A stretch of DNA of 46,560 nucleotides, taken from assembly GCA_002633005.1 (NCBI GenBank), contig NMRA01001158.1, positions 1-46,560 of the forward strand. The letters are read 5' to 3'. A program made the translations under genes and the position numbers. This DNA comes from Phoronis australis. Lineage: Eukaryota > Animalia > Phoronida. Below are positions 46,472-46,560 of this stretch, piece after piece. The notes under the pieces are model-generated. The model was not told the DNA's origin. It saw only the letters and a program-made list of their open reading frames with translations, and did no database searches. Each line of letters starts with the position of its first letter. Position 1 is the first letter of the stretch.

Positions 46472-46560
46472 CAGTAGCGGATTTAGAGGGAGGGCCAAGG
46501 GGGCCATGCCCCCCCTAAAATTCTCCAAGATTCCATTGGGCAGTTCAGGAGTGCCAAAGT
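46472..46560. mobile_element. MITE left end (same family as 9582), cut by the window edge
   Basis: CAGTAGCGGATTTAGAGGGAGGGCCAAGGGGGCCATGCCCCCCCTAAAATTCTCCAAGATTC matches 9582-9650. Confidence 0.7.

Overview
Eukaryotic, AT-rich animal genomic DNA, most likely from a marine invertebrate (inferred from the intron-rich gene and the transposon content), with two assembly gaps (5451-5912, 9656-9685). Two host genes are well supported and are transcribed divergently. (1) An intronless POMGNT2/GTDC2 glycosyltransferase CDS lies on the minus strand (1364-3073). (2) A 16-exon transglutaminase gene lies on the plus strand (12297-43539); I assembled it by hand from GT-AG junctions into one open 755-aa frame with an intact Cys-His-Asp triad. 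The introns and intergenic DNA contain decayed mobile elements: a CR1/L2-type LINE, an RT-RNase H LINE, a Penelope GIY-YIG fragment with a decayed hammerhead motif, a THAP-bearing Kolobok-type DNA transposon with TTAA TSD, a HINE-like repeat, several MITEs, and minisatellites. The most unusual observations are a 31-bp minisatellite made of ten tandem copies of the transglutaminase exon-8 splice donor, a near-perfect 165-bp inverted copy inserted inside a MITE, a duplicated CRE+GATA module, and a possible spliced upstream ORF in the POMGNT2 leader. I see no CRISPR, rRNA or prokaryote-type system, and I cannot claim a new biological system from the sequence alone.
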